Assembly: GCA_036375075.1 (NCBI GenBank)
Contig: DASUSN010000052.1
Location: 26,195 to 90,194, forward strand
DNA length: 64,000 bases
Source: Thermoanaerobaculia bacterium
GTDB taxonomy: Bacteria > Acidobacteriota > Thermoanaerobaculia > Gp7-AA8
Direction of reading: 5' to 3'
Shown here: piece by piece, positions 47,704 through 57,748 of the stretch
Position numbering within the stretch: the first letter of the stretch is position 1
How the letters are laid out: the number at the start of each line of letters is the position of its first letter
Translations under genes and position numbers: made by a program
Notes under the pieces: model-generated
What the model was told of the DNA's origin: nothing
Databases searched by the model: none
The model's input: only the letters and a program-made list of their open reading frames with translations

Positions 47704-48951
47704 ATGGACGTCCATAGACCTGATCTCGCCAACGCGCGCCGCCGCAAGCGGCTGATTGCCGTCGCTGTAGTCACCGTCGGCGTCGCCGTCGCCACCTTCG
47801 GCGTGTCGCGCCTCAAACCCGCCGCGCCGGAAGTCGACAGCGGCGGCCTTTTCTTCGATACCGTCAAACGCGGCTCGTTCGTCCGCCAGGTGCGGGGCAC
47901 GGGCGTGCTCGTCCCCGAGCAGGTGCGGTGGATTCCCGCGGCGACCGAGGCGCGCGTCGAGCGCATCCTGGTGCGGCCGGGGAGCGAAGTGAAGGCCGAC
48001 ACCGTCATCCTCGAATTGAGCAACCCCGAGGTCGAGCAGGCGGCGCGCGATGCCGAGCTGCAGCTCGGGTCCGCCGTGGCCGAGCTGCGCCGGCGGGAGA
48101 TCGAGCTGCAGAGCGCGATCCTCAGCCAGCAGGCGCTCGCCGCCGACGTCGAGGCCCAGCGCAGCGACGCCGAGTCGCAGGCGGCCGTCGACGACGAGCT
48201 CGCGCGCAGCGGCCTCACCTCCGAGCTCACCCGCAAGCGCTCCCGCAACCGCGCCGAGCAGCTCCAGAACCGCAGCACCATCGAGAAGCAGCGCCTCGAC
48301 ATCGCCCGCAGGGCCTCCGAGGCCGACATGCTCATGCAGCGGTCGCGCGTCGACCAGCTCCGCGCCCTGCACGGCCTCCGGCAGCAGCAGCGGGGCGCCC
48401 TGCTGGTGCGCGCGGGCATCGACGGCGTCCTCCAGCAGCTTCCGATCGAAGTCGGCCAGCGCGTCGCCGCCGGCACCAACCTCGCGCGCGTCGCGCAGCC
48501 GATGCCGCTGAAGGCCGAGCTGCGCATCGCCGAGACGCAGGCCCGTGACGTCGCCCTCGGACAGCCGGTGACCATCGACACCCGCAACGGGACCGTGGCC
48601 GGACGAGTGACGCGCGTCGATCCCGCCGTACAGAACGGGACCATCGGCGTCGACGTCGGCTTCGACGGCGCGCTGCCCCGCGGCGCGCGCCCCGACCTCA
48701 CCGTCGACGGCGTCATCGAGCTCGAGCGCCTCGAGAACGTCCTCTACACCGGCCGCCCGGTGCAGGGCACCGACGGCGCGACGATCGGGCTCTTCAAAGT
48801 CGCCGGCGACGAAGCCATCCAGACCAGCGTCGCCATCGGCCGCACTTCCGTCAGCAGCGTCGAGATCCGTTCCGGCCTCGAGGAAGGGGATCGGGTGATC
48901 CTCTCCGACATGTCGGCGTGGAGCGAGCACCAGCGCATCCGCCTCAAATAG
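47704..48951 (+). CDS. Periplasmic adaptor (HlyD/MacA-type membrane fusion protein)
   Basis: N-terminal TM helix, lipoyl-like VKADTVILELSNPE, long coiled coil, beta-barrel GQPVTIDTRNGTVAGRVTRVDP. Confidence 0.85.
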   Translation: MDVHRPDLANARRRKRLIAVAVVTVGVAVATFGVSRLKPAAPEVDSGGLFFDTVKRGSFVRQVRGTGVLVPEQVRWIPAATEARVERILVRPGSEVKADTVILELSNPEVEQAARDAELQLGSAVAELRRREIELQSAILSQQALAADVEAQRSDAESQAAVDDELARSGLTSELTRKRSRNRAEQLQNRSTIEKQRLDIARRASEADMLMQRSRVDQLRALHGLRQQQRGALLVRAGIDGVLQQLPIEVGQRVAAGTNLARVAQPMPLKAELRIAETQARDVALGQPVTIDTRNGTVAGRVTRVDPAVQNGTIGVDVGFDGALPRGARPDLTVDGVIELERLENVLYTGRPVQGTDGATIGLFKVAGDEAIQTSVAIGRTSVSSVEIRSGLEEGDRVILSDMSAWSEHQRIRLK

Positions 48952-48960
48952 GAGAAACGC

Positions 48961-49692
48961 ATGCCGCCTCTGATTCACCTCGAAGGCCTCACCAAAGTCT
49001 TCTACGCCGACGAGATCGAGACCCACGCGCTCGACGGCGTCCATCTGGACATCGAGAAGGGGGAGTACATCGCCATCGCCGGTCCCTCCGGCTGCGGCAA
49101 GTCCACCCTGCTGGCCATCCTCGGCCTGCTGCACCCGCCGACCGGCGGCCAGTACACGCTGAACGGCACGCCTGTCGCGCAGCTCTCGACGGCGGACCGC
49201 GCGCGCATCCGCAACCGGGAGGTGGGCTTCGTCTTCCAGAGCTTCAACCTCATCGGCGACCTCACCGTCGCCGAGAACGTCGAGCTGCCGCTGACGTACC
49301 GGAAGATGCCCATCGCCGAGCGGCGCAAGCGCGTGACGGAGTCGCTGGAGCGCGTGGGCATGTCCCACCGCATGAAGCACTATCCCGGACAGCTCTCCGG
49401 CGGCCAGCAGCAGCGCGTGGCCGTGGCCCGCGCGATCGTCGGCAGCCCATCGATCGTCCTGGCAGACGAGCCCACCGGCAACCTCGACTCGCGCAACGGC
49501 GAGGCCGTGATGACGCTCATGCGCGAGCTCAATCGCGAGGGCGCGACCATCTGCATGGTCACCCACGACCCGCGCTACGCCAAGCATGCCGACCGCACCG
49601 TGCATCTCTTCGACGGCCGCGTGGTCGAGGAAGAGCGGATGCCGATCGAGGAGCACGAGCTCCGCGAGAGCGGCTTTCACGTGCAGGGATGA
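48961..49692 (+). CDS. ABC transporter ATP-binding protein (MacB/LolD-type NBD), canonical motifs
   Basis: [49 protein letters not shown]. Confidence 0.9.
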   Translation: MPPLIHLEGLTKVFYADEIETHALDGVHLDIEKGEYIAIAGPSGCGKSTLLAILGLLHPPTGGQYTLNGTPVAQLSTADRARIRNREVGFVFQSFNLIGDLTVAENVELPLTYRKMPIAERRKRVTESLERVGMSHRMKHYPGQLSGGQQQRVAVARAIVGSPSIVLADEPTGNLDSRNGEAVMTLMRELNREGATICMVTHDPRYAKHADRTVHLFDGRVVEEERMPIEEHELRESGFHVQG

Positions 49693-52028
49693 ACGAGCTC
49701 CGGCACGCTGCCCGCCGCCTGCTGCGCGCGCGCGGCTTCACGCTCGCCGCGATCGCGACGCTCGCCCTCGGCATCGGTGCGACGACGGCGATCGTCACGC
49801 TGGCAAATGCGCTGTTTCTCCAGCCGTTGCCGTATCGCGAAGCCGACCGCCTCGTGCATCTCTGGGAGGTCCGCGCGTCGAAGAACTATGGCCGCTCCGA
49901 GACGTCGTTCCCGAGCTTCGAGGACTGGCGCACGTCGAGCCGCACGGTCGAGATGTTCGCCGGCTACGGCTGGCCGCGCGTCACGCTGCGCGGCAGCGGC
50001 GGCGCGGAACAGTTGCAGGCCGCGCGGGTGAGCGACACGTTCTTCGACGTCCTCGGCACGCGGGCGCAGCTCGGACGGACGTTCGTGCGCGGCGAAGACG
50101 TGCCGAACGGTCCGCGCGTGGCGGTCCTCAGCGACGGATTGTGGCGCCGCCGTTTCGGCTCGGACACGGGCATCGTCGGCCGGGCCATCAACATCGACGG
50201 CACCGCGTATGAGGTGATCGGCGTCCTTCCCGCGACGTTCCACTTCGCGCCGTCGCGCGGCGCCGAGCTGTGGATCCCGCTGCAGCCGGGCGGCTCGATG
50301 CACACCAGTCGCGGGATGCGCTGGGTAAATGTGATCGCCCGATTGCGGCCGGGAGTCACGCCCCAGGCCGCGGACCGCGAGCTCGACACGATCGCCGCGG
50401 AGATTGCCCGGACCCATCCCGACTCGAACGCGGGCGCCAGCGTCGAGGTCGTGCCTCTGCGCGAACAGCTCGTCGGACCGGTACGCGGCCCGGTGGTCCT
50501 CCTCGGCATCGCCGCGCTCTTCGTGCTGCTGATCGCGTGCGTGAACGTCGCCAGCCTCATGATCGGGCGCGTCGCGGCGCGCCGCCACGACGTCGCGGTG
50601 CGCTTCGCTCTCGGCGCGACGCGCGCGAGCGTGGCCCGCTCGCTCGTCGTCGAAGCCCTCGTGCTCTGCGCCGCCGGCGCGGCGGCCGGAGCGGCCGTCG
50701 GCGTGTCGGCGCTGCGCGCGATGGTGATGACCGTGCCGCAGGATCTGCTCGCGCTGATGCCGTACCTGCGCACGCTCGCGGTCGACTCGCGCGTGCTCGC
50801 CGTGGTCTGTCTCGTGGTTGCGGTGTGCGCGGTGCTGATCGGCGTCTGGCCGGCGCTCCGCGCCTCGCGTGAATGGCACCTTGGCACCCGCGGCACCACC
50901 GCGAAGCGCACGCTGCGCTCGGTGCTGGTCGTCGCGGAGATCGCGCTCGCCCTGGTCCTCCTCACCGGCGCCGCGCTGACGCTGCGCAGCCTCGCCGCCC
51001 TCGCCGCCGTCGATCCCGGCTATCGCGCCGAGGGCGTCTTCACGCTGCGCGTGGCGTTCCCGGGCGACCGCTACGACGACGAGGCGAAGCTCATCGCGAT
51101 CCATCGCCGCGTGCTCGACGCCATTCCCGGCGCCGCGATGATCGACAAGCTCCCGTCCCTCGGCGGCGGCACCATCTCGTTCACCACGGCTGCCGATCCG
51201 GAAAAACGCGAGGCGAACATTCGCGGCATCAGCCCGCGGTACTTTGCGGTGATGAGCGTTCCGCTGCTGCGCGGGCGCGACTTCGAGGCGCGCGACCGCG
51301 TCGATTCTCCCCCGGTCGCCATCGTCAACCGGGAGCTCGCGCGCCGCTACCTCGGCACCGAGGATCCGGTGGGGCGCGTGTTGCGGATCGGAGGCACCGA
51401 GCTGCAGGTCGTCGGCGTCGCCGGCGACGAGCGCATCGGCCCCATCGACGAGCCGGTGACGCCCGTGCTCTACGTCCCCCTGAGCCAGAACCCGGACGAC
51501 TCGGTCGCCATCGTCGTCCGGAACGCGGACACGGCCGGCATCGTCCGGACGCTCCAGCAGATCGATCGCGACATCGCGGTCGCAGGCGTCGCGCCGATGA
51601 CCGCGGTCATGGCCTCGTCGCCGGCGATCTTCCTCCGCCGCGCCACCAGTGTCGTCATCGCGGCGTTCGCGTTCGCGTCGCTGCTCCTCGCGCTGGTCGG
51701 CCTCTACGCCGTCATCGCGGAGGCCGTGACGGCGCGCACGCGTGAGATCGCGGTGCGCGTGAGCGTCGGCGCGAAGCCGGGCGCGATCGTCGCGCTCATC
51801 GCGCGCGACGGCGCACGCCTCGGCCTCATCGGCGTCACCATCGGAATCGCCGGAGCCCTGCTGCTGACGCGCTCCATGGAGTCGCTGCTCTTCGGCGTCG
51901 GCGTCCGCGATCCCATCGCCTTCGGCGGCACCGCCGCGCTGCTGCTCCTGACCGCGGTCATCGCGTCGCTGATTCCCGCGGTTCGTGCCGCACGCATCGA
52001 CCCGGCCGTCGCCCTGAGACAGGAGTGA
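49689..52028 (+). CDS. Duplicated FtsX/MacB-type permease (ADOP-type), copy 1
   Basis: 779 aa. Two TM1/periplasmic-domain/FtsX-bundle halves (LIACVNVASLMIGR; AVTARTREIAVRVSVGAKPG). ATGA overlap with the NBD gene. Confidence 0.85.
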   Translation: MNELRHAARRLLRARGFTLAAIATLALGIGATTAIVTLANALFLQPLPYREADRLVHLWEVRASKNYGRSETSFPSFEDWRTSSRTVEMFAGYGWPRVTLRGSGGAEQLQAARVSDTFFDVLGTRAQLGRTFVRGEDVPNGPRVAVLSDGLWRRRFGSDTGIVGRAINIDGTAYEVIGVLPATFHFAPSRGAELWIPLQPGGSMHTSRGMRWVNVIARLRPGVTPQAADRELDTIAAEIARTHPDSNAGASVEVVPLREQLVGPVRGPVVLLGIAALFVLLIACVNVASLMIGRVAARRHDVAVRFALGATRASVARSLVVEALVLCAAGAAAGAAVGVSALRAMVMTVPQDLLALMPYLRTLAVDSRVLAVVCLVVAVCAVLIGVWPALRASREWHLGTRGTTAKRTLRSVLVVAEIALALVLLTGAALTLRSLAALAAVDPGYRAEGVFTLRVAFPGDRYDDEAKLIAIHRRVLDAIPGAAMIDKLPSLGGGTISFTTAADPEKREANIRGISPRYFAVMSVPLLRGRDFEARDRVDSPPVAIVNRELARRYLGTEDPVGRVLRIGGTELQVVGVAGDERIGPIDEPVTPVLYVPLSQNPDDSVAIVVRNADTAGIVRTLQQIDRDIAVAGVAPMTAVMASSPAIFLRRATSVVIAAFAFASLLLALVGLYAVIAEAVTARTREIAVRVSVGAKPGAIVALIARDGARLGLIGVTIGIAGALLLTRSMESLLFGVGVRDPIAFGGTAALLLLTAVIASLIPAVRAARIDPAVALRQE

Positions 52029-52036
52029 GGGAAACC

Positions 52037-54448
52037 ATGCAGGACCTCAAATTCGCAATCCGTAATCTGGCCAAGTCCCCGGGGTACGCGGTGGCCGCCA
52101 TCCTCACCCTGGCCATCGCCATCGGTGCCAACACGTCGATGTTCAGCATCCTCTACGCCGTCGTGCTGCGGCCGCTCGCGTTCCGCGAGCCGGACCGGGT
52201 CGTGCGCGTCTGGGCGACGGACCTTCACAACGACAGCCAGCGCGAAGGCGCGTCCTCCCCCGATCTGCGCGACTGGAAACAGCAGCAGCGTGTCTTCTCC
52301 GCGATGGTGGGCACGGCCAGTGGCATGCTCAACCTCACCGAGCCGAACGCCGACCCCGAGCGGATCGCGACGACCGGCGTCTCGCACGACTACTTCTCCA
52401 TGCTCGGCATGCAGCCGGTCGCGGGGCGCGGCTTCGTCCCGAACGACGACCGCGAAGGCGCCGAGCCGGTGGCGATCGTCAGCGACGCATTCGCGCAGCG
52501 CCGCTTCGGCGCAACGAACGTCACCGGCCGCGGGATCACCCTCGACGGCAAAGCGTACGAGATCGTCGGCGTCATGCCCAAAGACGCCTCCCTCTCGCGC
52601 AGCAGCGGCACCGACGTCTGGCTCCCGTTGACGCCCCTGCTCGCGCCGCTCGCCGAGGTTCGCGGGGTCCACAACGTATACGTCCTCGCGCGCCTCAAAG
52701 ACGGCGTCACGCTCGCCCAGGCGCAGAGCGCGATGGACGTGATCTCCGTACGTCTCGAGAAGCAGTATCCCGAGGACAACAAGGGGCGGGGCGCGTTCGT
52801 CGAGCCGGTGCTCGACTCCATGGTGCGCGACGCGCGCCCGCGGCTCTGGGTCCTCTCCGCGGCCGTGCTCGCGGTGCTGCTGATCGCGTGCATCAACGTC
52901 GCGGGCCTCATGCTCGCCCGCGCCGACACCCGCGCCCGCGAGCTCGCCATCCGCGCGAGCCTCGGCGCGACGCGCGGCCGGATCGTGCGCCAGCTCCTCA
53001 CCGAATCCGTCGCCCTCGCCGCGATCGGCGGCGTCCTCGGCATCGCGCTCGCGTTCTGGATGACGCGCACGGTCCTCGCGCTCGCGCCGGCGCTGCCGCG
53101 CGCGGACGCCATCGGCATCAACGTCCCGGTGCTCGTCTTCGCCGTCCTGGCGACGATGCTCTCCGCCATCCTCTTCGGCATCATCCCGTCGCTCCGCACC
53201 TCGGCCGTGCAGCCCGCGTCGGCGCTCGCCGCCGGGTCGCGCGGCGTCATCCGCGGCACGCGCACCGCGGGACGGGGCGTGCTCGTAGTCGCCGAGGTCG
53301 CGCTCGCGGTCATCCTGGTCATCGGCGCGGGACTGCTGCTCAAGAGCTTCTCGCGCCTCCTGGCCGTCGACGTCGGCCTGCAGACGACCAACATCGTCAC
53401 GTTCTCGATGACCCTGCCGCAGGCGAAGTATCCGCCGCCGTCGCGCGAGCAGTATCCGGACTGGCCGTCCGCGATGAACTTCTACGACCGCCTGCTCGAT
53501 CGCGTCGCCCAGGTGCCGAACGTCACCGGCAGCGCGCTGGCCATGGCCCATCCGCTCGACCCCGGCTTCACGTCGCGGACGCACGTGGTCGGACGCCCGC
53601 AGGGCGACGGGCCGCAGGACGAAGTGCGCATCCGTCCGGTGACGCACGCCTACTTCGCCACCCTCGGCATCCCGCTGCAGCGCGGCCGTCTGCTCACCCG
53701 CGACGATCGCGCGGACACGCCCGCGACGGTCCTGATCAACGAGGCCCTCGTGCGGAAGTACTTCCCGGGCGAAGACCCGGTCGGGAAGCAGCTCGAGTTC
53801 TGGGGCGCGCCGAACACCATCGTCGGCGTCGTGAAAGGGGAGCGCTTCGGCGGCCCGCAGAGCGAGGCCGAGCCCGCGCTGTACGCGCCGCTGTCCCGCC
53901 TTCCGATGAGCAACCTGACGCTGGTCGTGCGCGCGCGCGGCGATGCCGTGTCCGTGACCGCGTCCGTGCGCGCGGCCATCAAGGAGCTCGATCCGGACAT
54001 GGCCCTGTACGACGTCGAGCCGCTGCAGGACACGCTGGAGCGGACCGTCGCCACGCCGAAGCTCCAGGCCGTGCTGATCGCGTCGTTCGGAGCGATCGCG
54101 CTCCTGCTGGCGGCGATCGGCCTGTACGCCCTGATCGCGTATCAGGTCCAGCAGCGCACGAACGAGATCGGCGTCCGCTTGGCCCTCGGCGCCACGCGCG
54201 CGGAGATCGCGAAGCTCGTGCTGGCTCGCGCGGCGACGCTCGCCCTGACCGGCATCGCCATCGGCCTCGCCGGCGCCCTGGCCACGACGCGCTTCCTGAA
54301 GGCCGTGGTCTTCGAGATCAGCACGACCGACCCCGCGATCTACGCCGGCGTGCCCCTGCTCCTCATCGCCATCGCCCTGCTGGCTACATGGATCCCCGTC
54401 CGCCGCGCGACCCGCCTCGACCCGGCCGTCGCCTTACACACAGACTGA
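52037..54448 (+). CDS. Duplicated FtsX/MacB-type permease (ADOP-type), copy 2
   Basis: MQDLKFAIRNLAKSPGYAVAAILTLAIAIGANT, LIACINVAGLMLAR, QVQQRTNEIGVRLALGATRAE. GTG 52025 is an alternative start. Confidence 0.85.
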   Translation: MQDLKFAIRNLAKSPGYAVAAILTLAIAIGANTSMFSILYAVVLRPLAFREPDRVVRVWATDLHNDSQREGASSPDLRDWKQQQRVFSAMVGTASGMLNLTEPNADPERIATTGVSHDYFSMLGMQPVAGRGFVPNDDREGAEPVAIVSDAFAQRRFGATNVTGRGITLDGKAYEIVGVMPKDASLSRSSGTDVWLPLTPLLAPLAEVRGVHNVYVLARLKDGVTLAQAQSAMDVISVRLEKQYPEDNKGRGAFVEPVLDSMVRDARPRLWVLSAAVLAVLLIACINVAGLMLARADTRARELAIRASLGATRGRIVRQLLTESVALAAIGGVLGIALAFWMTRTVLALAPALPRADAIGINVPVLVFAVLATMLSAILFGIIPSLRTSAVQPASALAAGSRGVIRGTRTAGRGVLVVAEVALAVILVIGAGLLLKSFSRLLAVDVGLQTTNIVTFSMTLPQAKYPPPSREQYPDWPSAMNFYDRLLDRVAQVPNVTGSALAMAHPLDPGFTSRTHVVGRPQGDGPQDEVRIRPVTHAYFATLGIPLQRGRLLTRDDRADTPATVLINEALVRKYFPGEDPVGKQLEFWGAPNTIVGVVKGERFGGPQSEAEPALYAPLSRLPMSNLTLVVRARGDAVSVTASVRAAIKELDPDMALYDVEPLQDTLERTVATPKLQAVLIASFGAIALLLAAIGLYALIAYQVQQRTNEIGVRLALGATRAEIAKLVLARAATLALTGIAIGLAGALATTRFLKAVVFEISTTDPAIYAGVPLLLIAIALLATWIPVRRATRLDPAVALHTD

Positions 54449-54455
54449 ATGACGA

Positions 54456-54556
54456 GTTCCTCGGGTTCCTCGGAGTTCCTCGGAGCTCCTCGGAGAAGAG
54501 GAACCTGTCTTCCCTCCCGCCGAGGAACCCGAGGAACTCCGAGGAACCCGAGGAAC
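54456..54556. repeat. Micro-repeat hairpin, family D, between permease genes 2 and 3
   Basis: GTTCCTCGGGTTCCTCGGAGTTCCTCGGAGCTCCTCGGAG-loop-CCGAGGAACCCGAGGAACTCCGAGGAACCCGAGGAAC. Confidence 0.9.
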
Positions 54557-54562
54557 TAACCA

Positions 54563-56953
54563 ATGCGTACGATCAAACGCCTGCTCCGCCAACCCGCCGC
54601 GCCGCTCCTGGCGGTGCTCACCCTGGCCCTTGGGCTCGGGGTCTCCACCGCGCTCTTCACCATCACGCGCGATGTCGTACTGCGGCCGTTCCCGTTCCGC
54701 GGGCAGGAGCGCATCGTCGCCCTCTGGGCGAGCATTCCCGAGCGCAGCGTGCCGCACCTGGAGCTGACGCTCGCGCAGTACGACACCCTGCGCGACAAGG
54801 CGAAGACGCTGGAGCACGTGTCCGTGCTCTCCGCGGCGAACTTCGCGGTCATCGTCAACACGCCCGACCCGGTGAACGTGAAGACGAATTTCGTCACGCG
54901 CTCGTTCTATCCGCTCCTCGGCGGGAAGGCGTTCCGCGGGCGGCTCTTCCTGCCGAGCGACCACAAGCCGGGCATCCCGCCGGTCGCGCTGATCAGCCAT
55001 CGGCTCTGGACGAACCTCTTCGGCGCGAGCGAGCAGGTCGTCGGCAAGCCGATCGACCTCGAAGGCGACAAGGTCACGGTCGTGGGCGTGCTGCCGCCGG
55101 AGCTGAATTTCCCGGTGGGCGCGGACCTGATCCTGCCGATGGAGCCGCTGTTCAACCCCGGCCCCGAGGACCGGCACAACTCGGTGCTGGAGGGCGTGGC
55201 ACGGATGAAGCCGGGCGTCACCCTCGAGCAGGTCCAGGCGGAGCTGAACGTGCTCGCCGATCAGCTCGAGCGGCAATGGCCGGCGCAGTACAAGGGCACC
55301 GAGAACCACGCGCTGCTCCTCGTCGACGAGATCCTCGGCACGACGCGGCCGGCGATGACGACGCTGTTCGTCATGGCCCTGCTCGTCCTGGCCATCGCGA
55401 CGCTGAACGCGGCCGGCATCTTCATCGCCCGCGCCGTGGCGCGCCAGCGCGACACGGCCATCCGCCTGGCCCTCGGCGCCACGCGGGGGGCGCTGCTGCG
55501 CGGCGTGCTCGCCGAAACGCTCGTCGTCGCGCTCACGGCGGCGGCGATCGGGTTCCTGCTGGCGAAGTTCGCCGTAGCGCTCCTCGTGCGCTTCGGCCCG
55601 TCGACCATCCCGCGCCTGCAGCAGGTCACGGTGAGTCCCGCGACGTATGCATTCGCCGCGGCGATGGCGGTCCTCATCGCCGTGGTCTGCGCCCTGCTGG
55701 CGTCGACGCGCACGACCAGCGCGGAGAGCCTGCGCGACAACATGGACCGCGGCTACGCCGCCATGCGCTCGCGCCGCGTCCTGTCGGTCGTGGCCTGCGT
55801 GCAGCTCGGCGTCGCCCTGGTGCTGCTCGTCGGCGCGGCGCTGATGATCCGCAGCTTCCTCACCATCGCCGGCATCGACGCGGGCTTCAGCCGCGAGCAC
55901 GTGCTCACCGCGCACCTGCCGCTCCCCAGCGCCGCCTATGCGGACCCCGCCAAGCGGCGGCAGTTCTTCACCAACGTCGTGGAGCGCGTCCGCAGCGCGC
56001 CGGGGATCCAGGCCGCGGGCGCGGTGCTCATCCGGCCGCTGGAGATCGAGCTGGGCTGGGACTGGACGCACACCGTCGAAGGACAGGATGCCGTCGCGCA
56101 GACGTCGAATCCGATGGCGAACCTGGTCTCGATCACGCCGGGCTACCTCGAGGCGATGGGCGTGCCGCTGATCCGCGGACGGCATTTCGACAGCCGCGAT
56201 CACGACAAGGCCCAGAAGGTCACGATCGTCGGGCGCTCGTTCGCCATGCGTCACTTCGGGACCGTGGACGTCATCGGCAAGCGGGTCAAGGGCGGCAAGC
56301 TCGACTCCAAGCAGCCGTGGCTCACCATCGTCGGCGTCGTCGGCGACGTCCGCTACCGCGGCCTCACCACCGAGAAGCTGGACGTCTACCATCCTTATCT
56401 GCAGAGCGGCTGGACGCCGCAGTACGTCGCGCTGCGCACGACCGGCGATCCCGCCGCCGCGGAAGCGACGCTGCGCTCGGTGGTGCGCGAGCTGGACAAG
56501 ACCGTGCCGGTCTCGGACGTGCGTTCGTCCGCGCAGCTGATTGACGCGAAGCTCGCCGCGCCACGCCTGAACGCGTGGATCCTCGGCACGTTCGCCGCCG
56601 TCGCGCTGCTGCTCTCGATCATCGGCGTCTACGCGGTGCTGGCGTACGCGGTCCGCAACCGCACCACGGAGATGGGCGTCCGCCTGGCCCTCGGCGCGCG
56701 CTCGCACGACCTGCTCGGCCTGGTCATCCGCCACGCGGTGATCCTCTCGGTCGTGGCGACGGTTTGCGGCGCAATCGCGGCCTTCGTGCTCACCCGCTTC
56801 CTCGGCAGCTTCCTCTACGGCGTCTCCCGCGCCGAGCCGTTGACACTGGCCGTCGCCGCGGCCATCGTGATCGCCGCCGCGATCGCCGGCAGCGCGGTTC
56901 CCGCGTGGTCGGCCGCGCGCACGGACCCCATGGTGGCGTTACGCGATGAATGA
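54563..56953 (+). CDS. Duplicated FtsX/MacB-type permease (ADOP-type), copy 3
   Basis: MRTIKRLLRQPAAPLLAVLTLALGLG, LAIATLNAAGIFIAR, AVRNRTTEMGVRLALGARSHD. 796 aa. Confidence 0.85.
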   Translation: MRTIKRLLRQPAAPLLAVLTLALGLGVSTALFTITRDVVLRPFPFRGQERIVALWASIPERSVPHLELTLAQYDTLRDKAKTLEHVSVLSAANFAVIVNTPDPVNVKTNFVTRSFYPLLGGKAFRGRLFLPSDHKPGIPPVALISHRLWTNLFGASEQVVGKPIDLEGDKVTVVGVLPPELNFPVGADLILPMEPLFNPGPEDRHNSVLEGVARMKPGVTLEQVQAELNVLADQLERQWPAQYKGTENHALLLVDEILGTTRPAMTTLFVMALLVLAIATLNAAGIFIARAVARQRDTAIRLALGATRGALLRGVLAETLVVALTAAAIGFLLAKFAVALLVRFGPSTIPRLQQVTVSPATYAFAAAMAVLIAVVCALLASTRTTSAESLRDNMDRGYAAMRSRRVLSVVACVQLGVALVLLVGAALMIRSFLTIAGIDAGFSREHVLTAHLPLPSAAYADPAKRRQFFTNVVERVRSAPGIQAAGAVLIRPLEIELGWDWTHTVEGQDAVAQTSNPMANLVSITPGYLEAMGVPLIRGRHFDSRDHDKAQKVTIVGRSFAMRHFGTVDVIGKRVKGGKLDSKQPWLTIVGVVGDVRYRGLTTEKLDVYHPYLQSGWTPQYVALRTTGDPAAAEATLRSVVRELDKTVPVSDVRSSAQLIDAKLAAPRLNAWILGTFAAVALLLSIIGVYAVLAYAVRNRTTEMGVRLALGARSHDLLGLVIRHAVILSVVATVCGAIAAFVLTRFLGSFLYGVSRAEPLTLAVAAAIVIAAAIAGSAVPAWSAARTDPMVALRDE

Positions 56954-56965
56954 GCCTATGGCGGA

Positions 56966-57076
56966 GTTCCTCGGGTTCCTCGGGTTCCTCGGAGTTCCTC
57001 GGGTTCCTCGGGGGAGGGGGAGGATCACTCCGAGGAACTCCGAGGAACCGAGGAACTCCGAGGAACTCCGAGGAAC
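56966..57076. repeat. Micro-repeat hairpin, family D, between permease 3 and the second NBD gene
   Basis: GTTCCTCGG x5 (with 1-nt variants), loop GGGGAGGGGGAGGATCACT, then CCGAGGAAC x5. Confidence 0.9.
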
Positions 57077-57085
57077 CGTAACCCT

Positions 57086-57748
57086 ATGATCCGCACACAC
57101 AAACTCACCAAATCCATCCCCGTCGGGGGCGGCCGCCTCTTCCTCCTCCGCGACATCGACCTGGCCGTCGACGAGGGCGACTTCGTCTCCATCACCGGGC
57201 CCTCCGGCGCCGGCAAGTCCACGCTCCTGCACATCCTCGGCATGCACGACGCCGACTGGGAAGGGGAGTACACGCTCGACGGCAACGCCGTGCACAAGCT
57301 CTCCGCGAAGCAGCGCGCCGACCTGCAGCGCCGCACCATCGGCTTCGTCTTCCAGAGCTATCACCTCATCGACGACCTCACCGTCGCGGAGAACCTCGAC
57401 GTCCCGCTGCGCTACCGCGACGTCTCCCGGAGCGAGCGGCAGAGCCTCGTCGCCGACGTGCTCGACCGCTTCCGCATCGTCGGCAAGAAGGACCTCTACC
57501 CGTCGCAGCTCTCCGGCGGCCAGCAGCAGCTCGTCGGCGTCGCCCGCGCGGTGATCGCCAACCCGCGGGTCATCCTCGCCGACGAGCCGACCGGCAACCT
57601 CCACTCCGATCAGGCGCGTGAGATCATGGCCCTCTTCCGCGAGCTCAATCGCGCGGGGACGACCATCGTGCAGGTGACGCATTCCGAGGAGAACGCCAGC
57701 TACGGAAATCGCGTCGTGAAACTGCGCGACGGGTGGATGGTGGCGTGA
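57086..57748 (+). CDS. ABC transporter ATP-binding protein (MacB/LolD-type NBD), divergent at signature and D-loop positions
   Basis: [33 protein letters not shown] (Leu where Arg is usual), [11 protein letters not shown] (His where the D-loop Asp is usual), QVTHS. Confidence 0.88.
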   Translation: MIRTHKLTKSIPVGGGRLFLLRDIDLAVDEGDFVSITGPSGAGKSTLLHILGMHDADWEGEYTLDGNAVHKLSAKQRADLQRRTIGFVFQSYHLIDDLTVAENLDVPLRYRDVSRSERQSLVADVLDRFRIVGKKDLYPSQLSGGQQQLVGVARAVIANPRVILADEPTGNLHSDQAREIMALFRELNRAGTTIVQVTHSEENASYGNRVVKLRDGWMVA

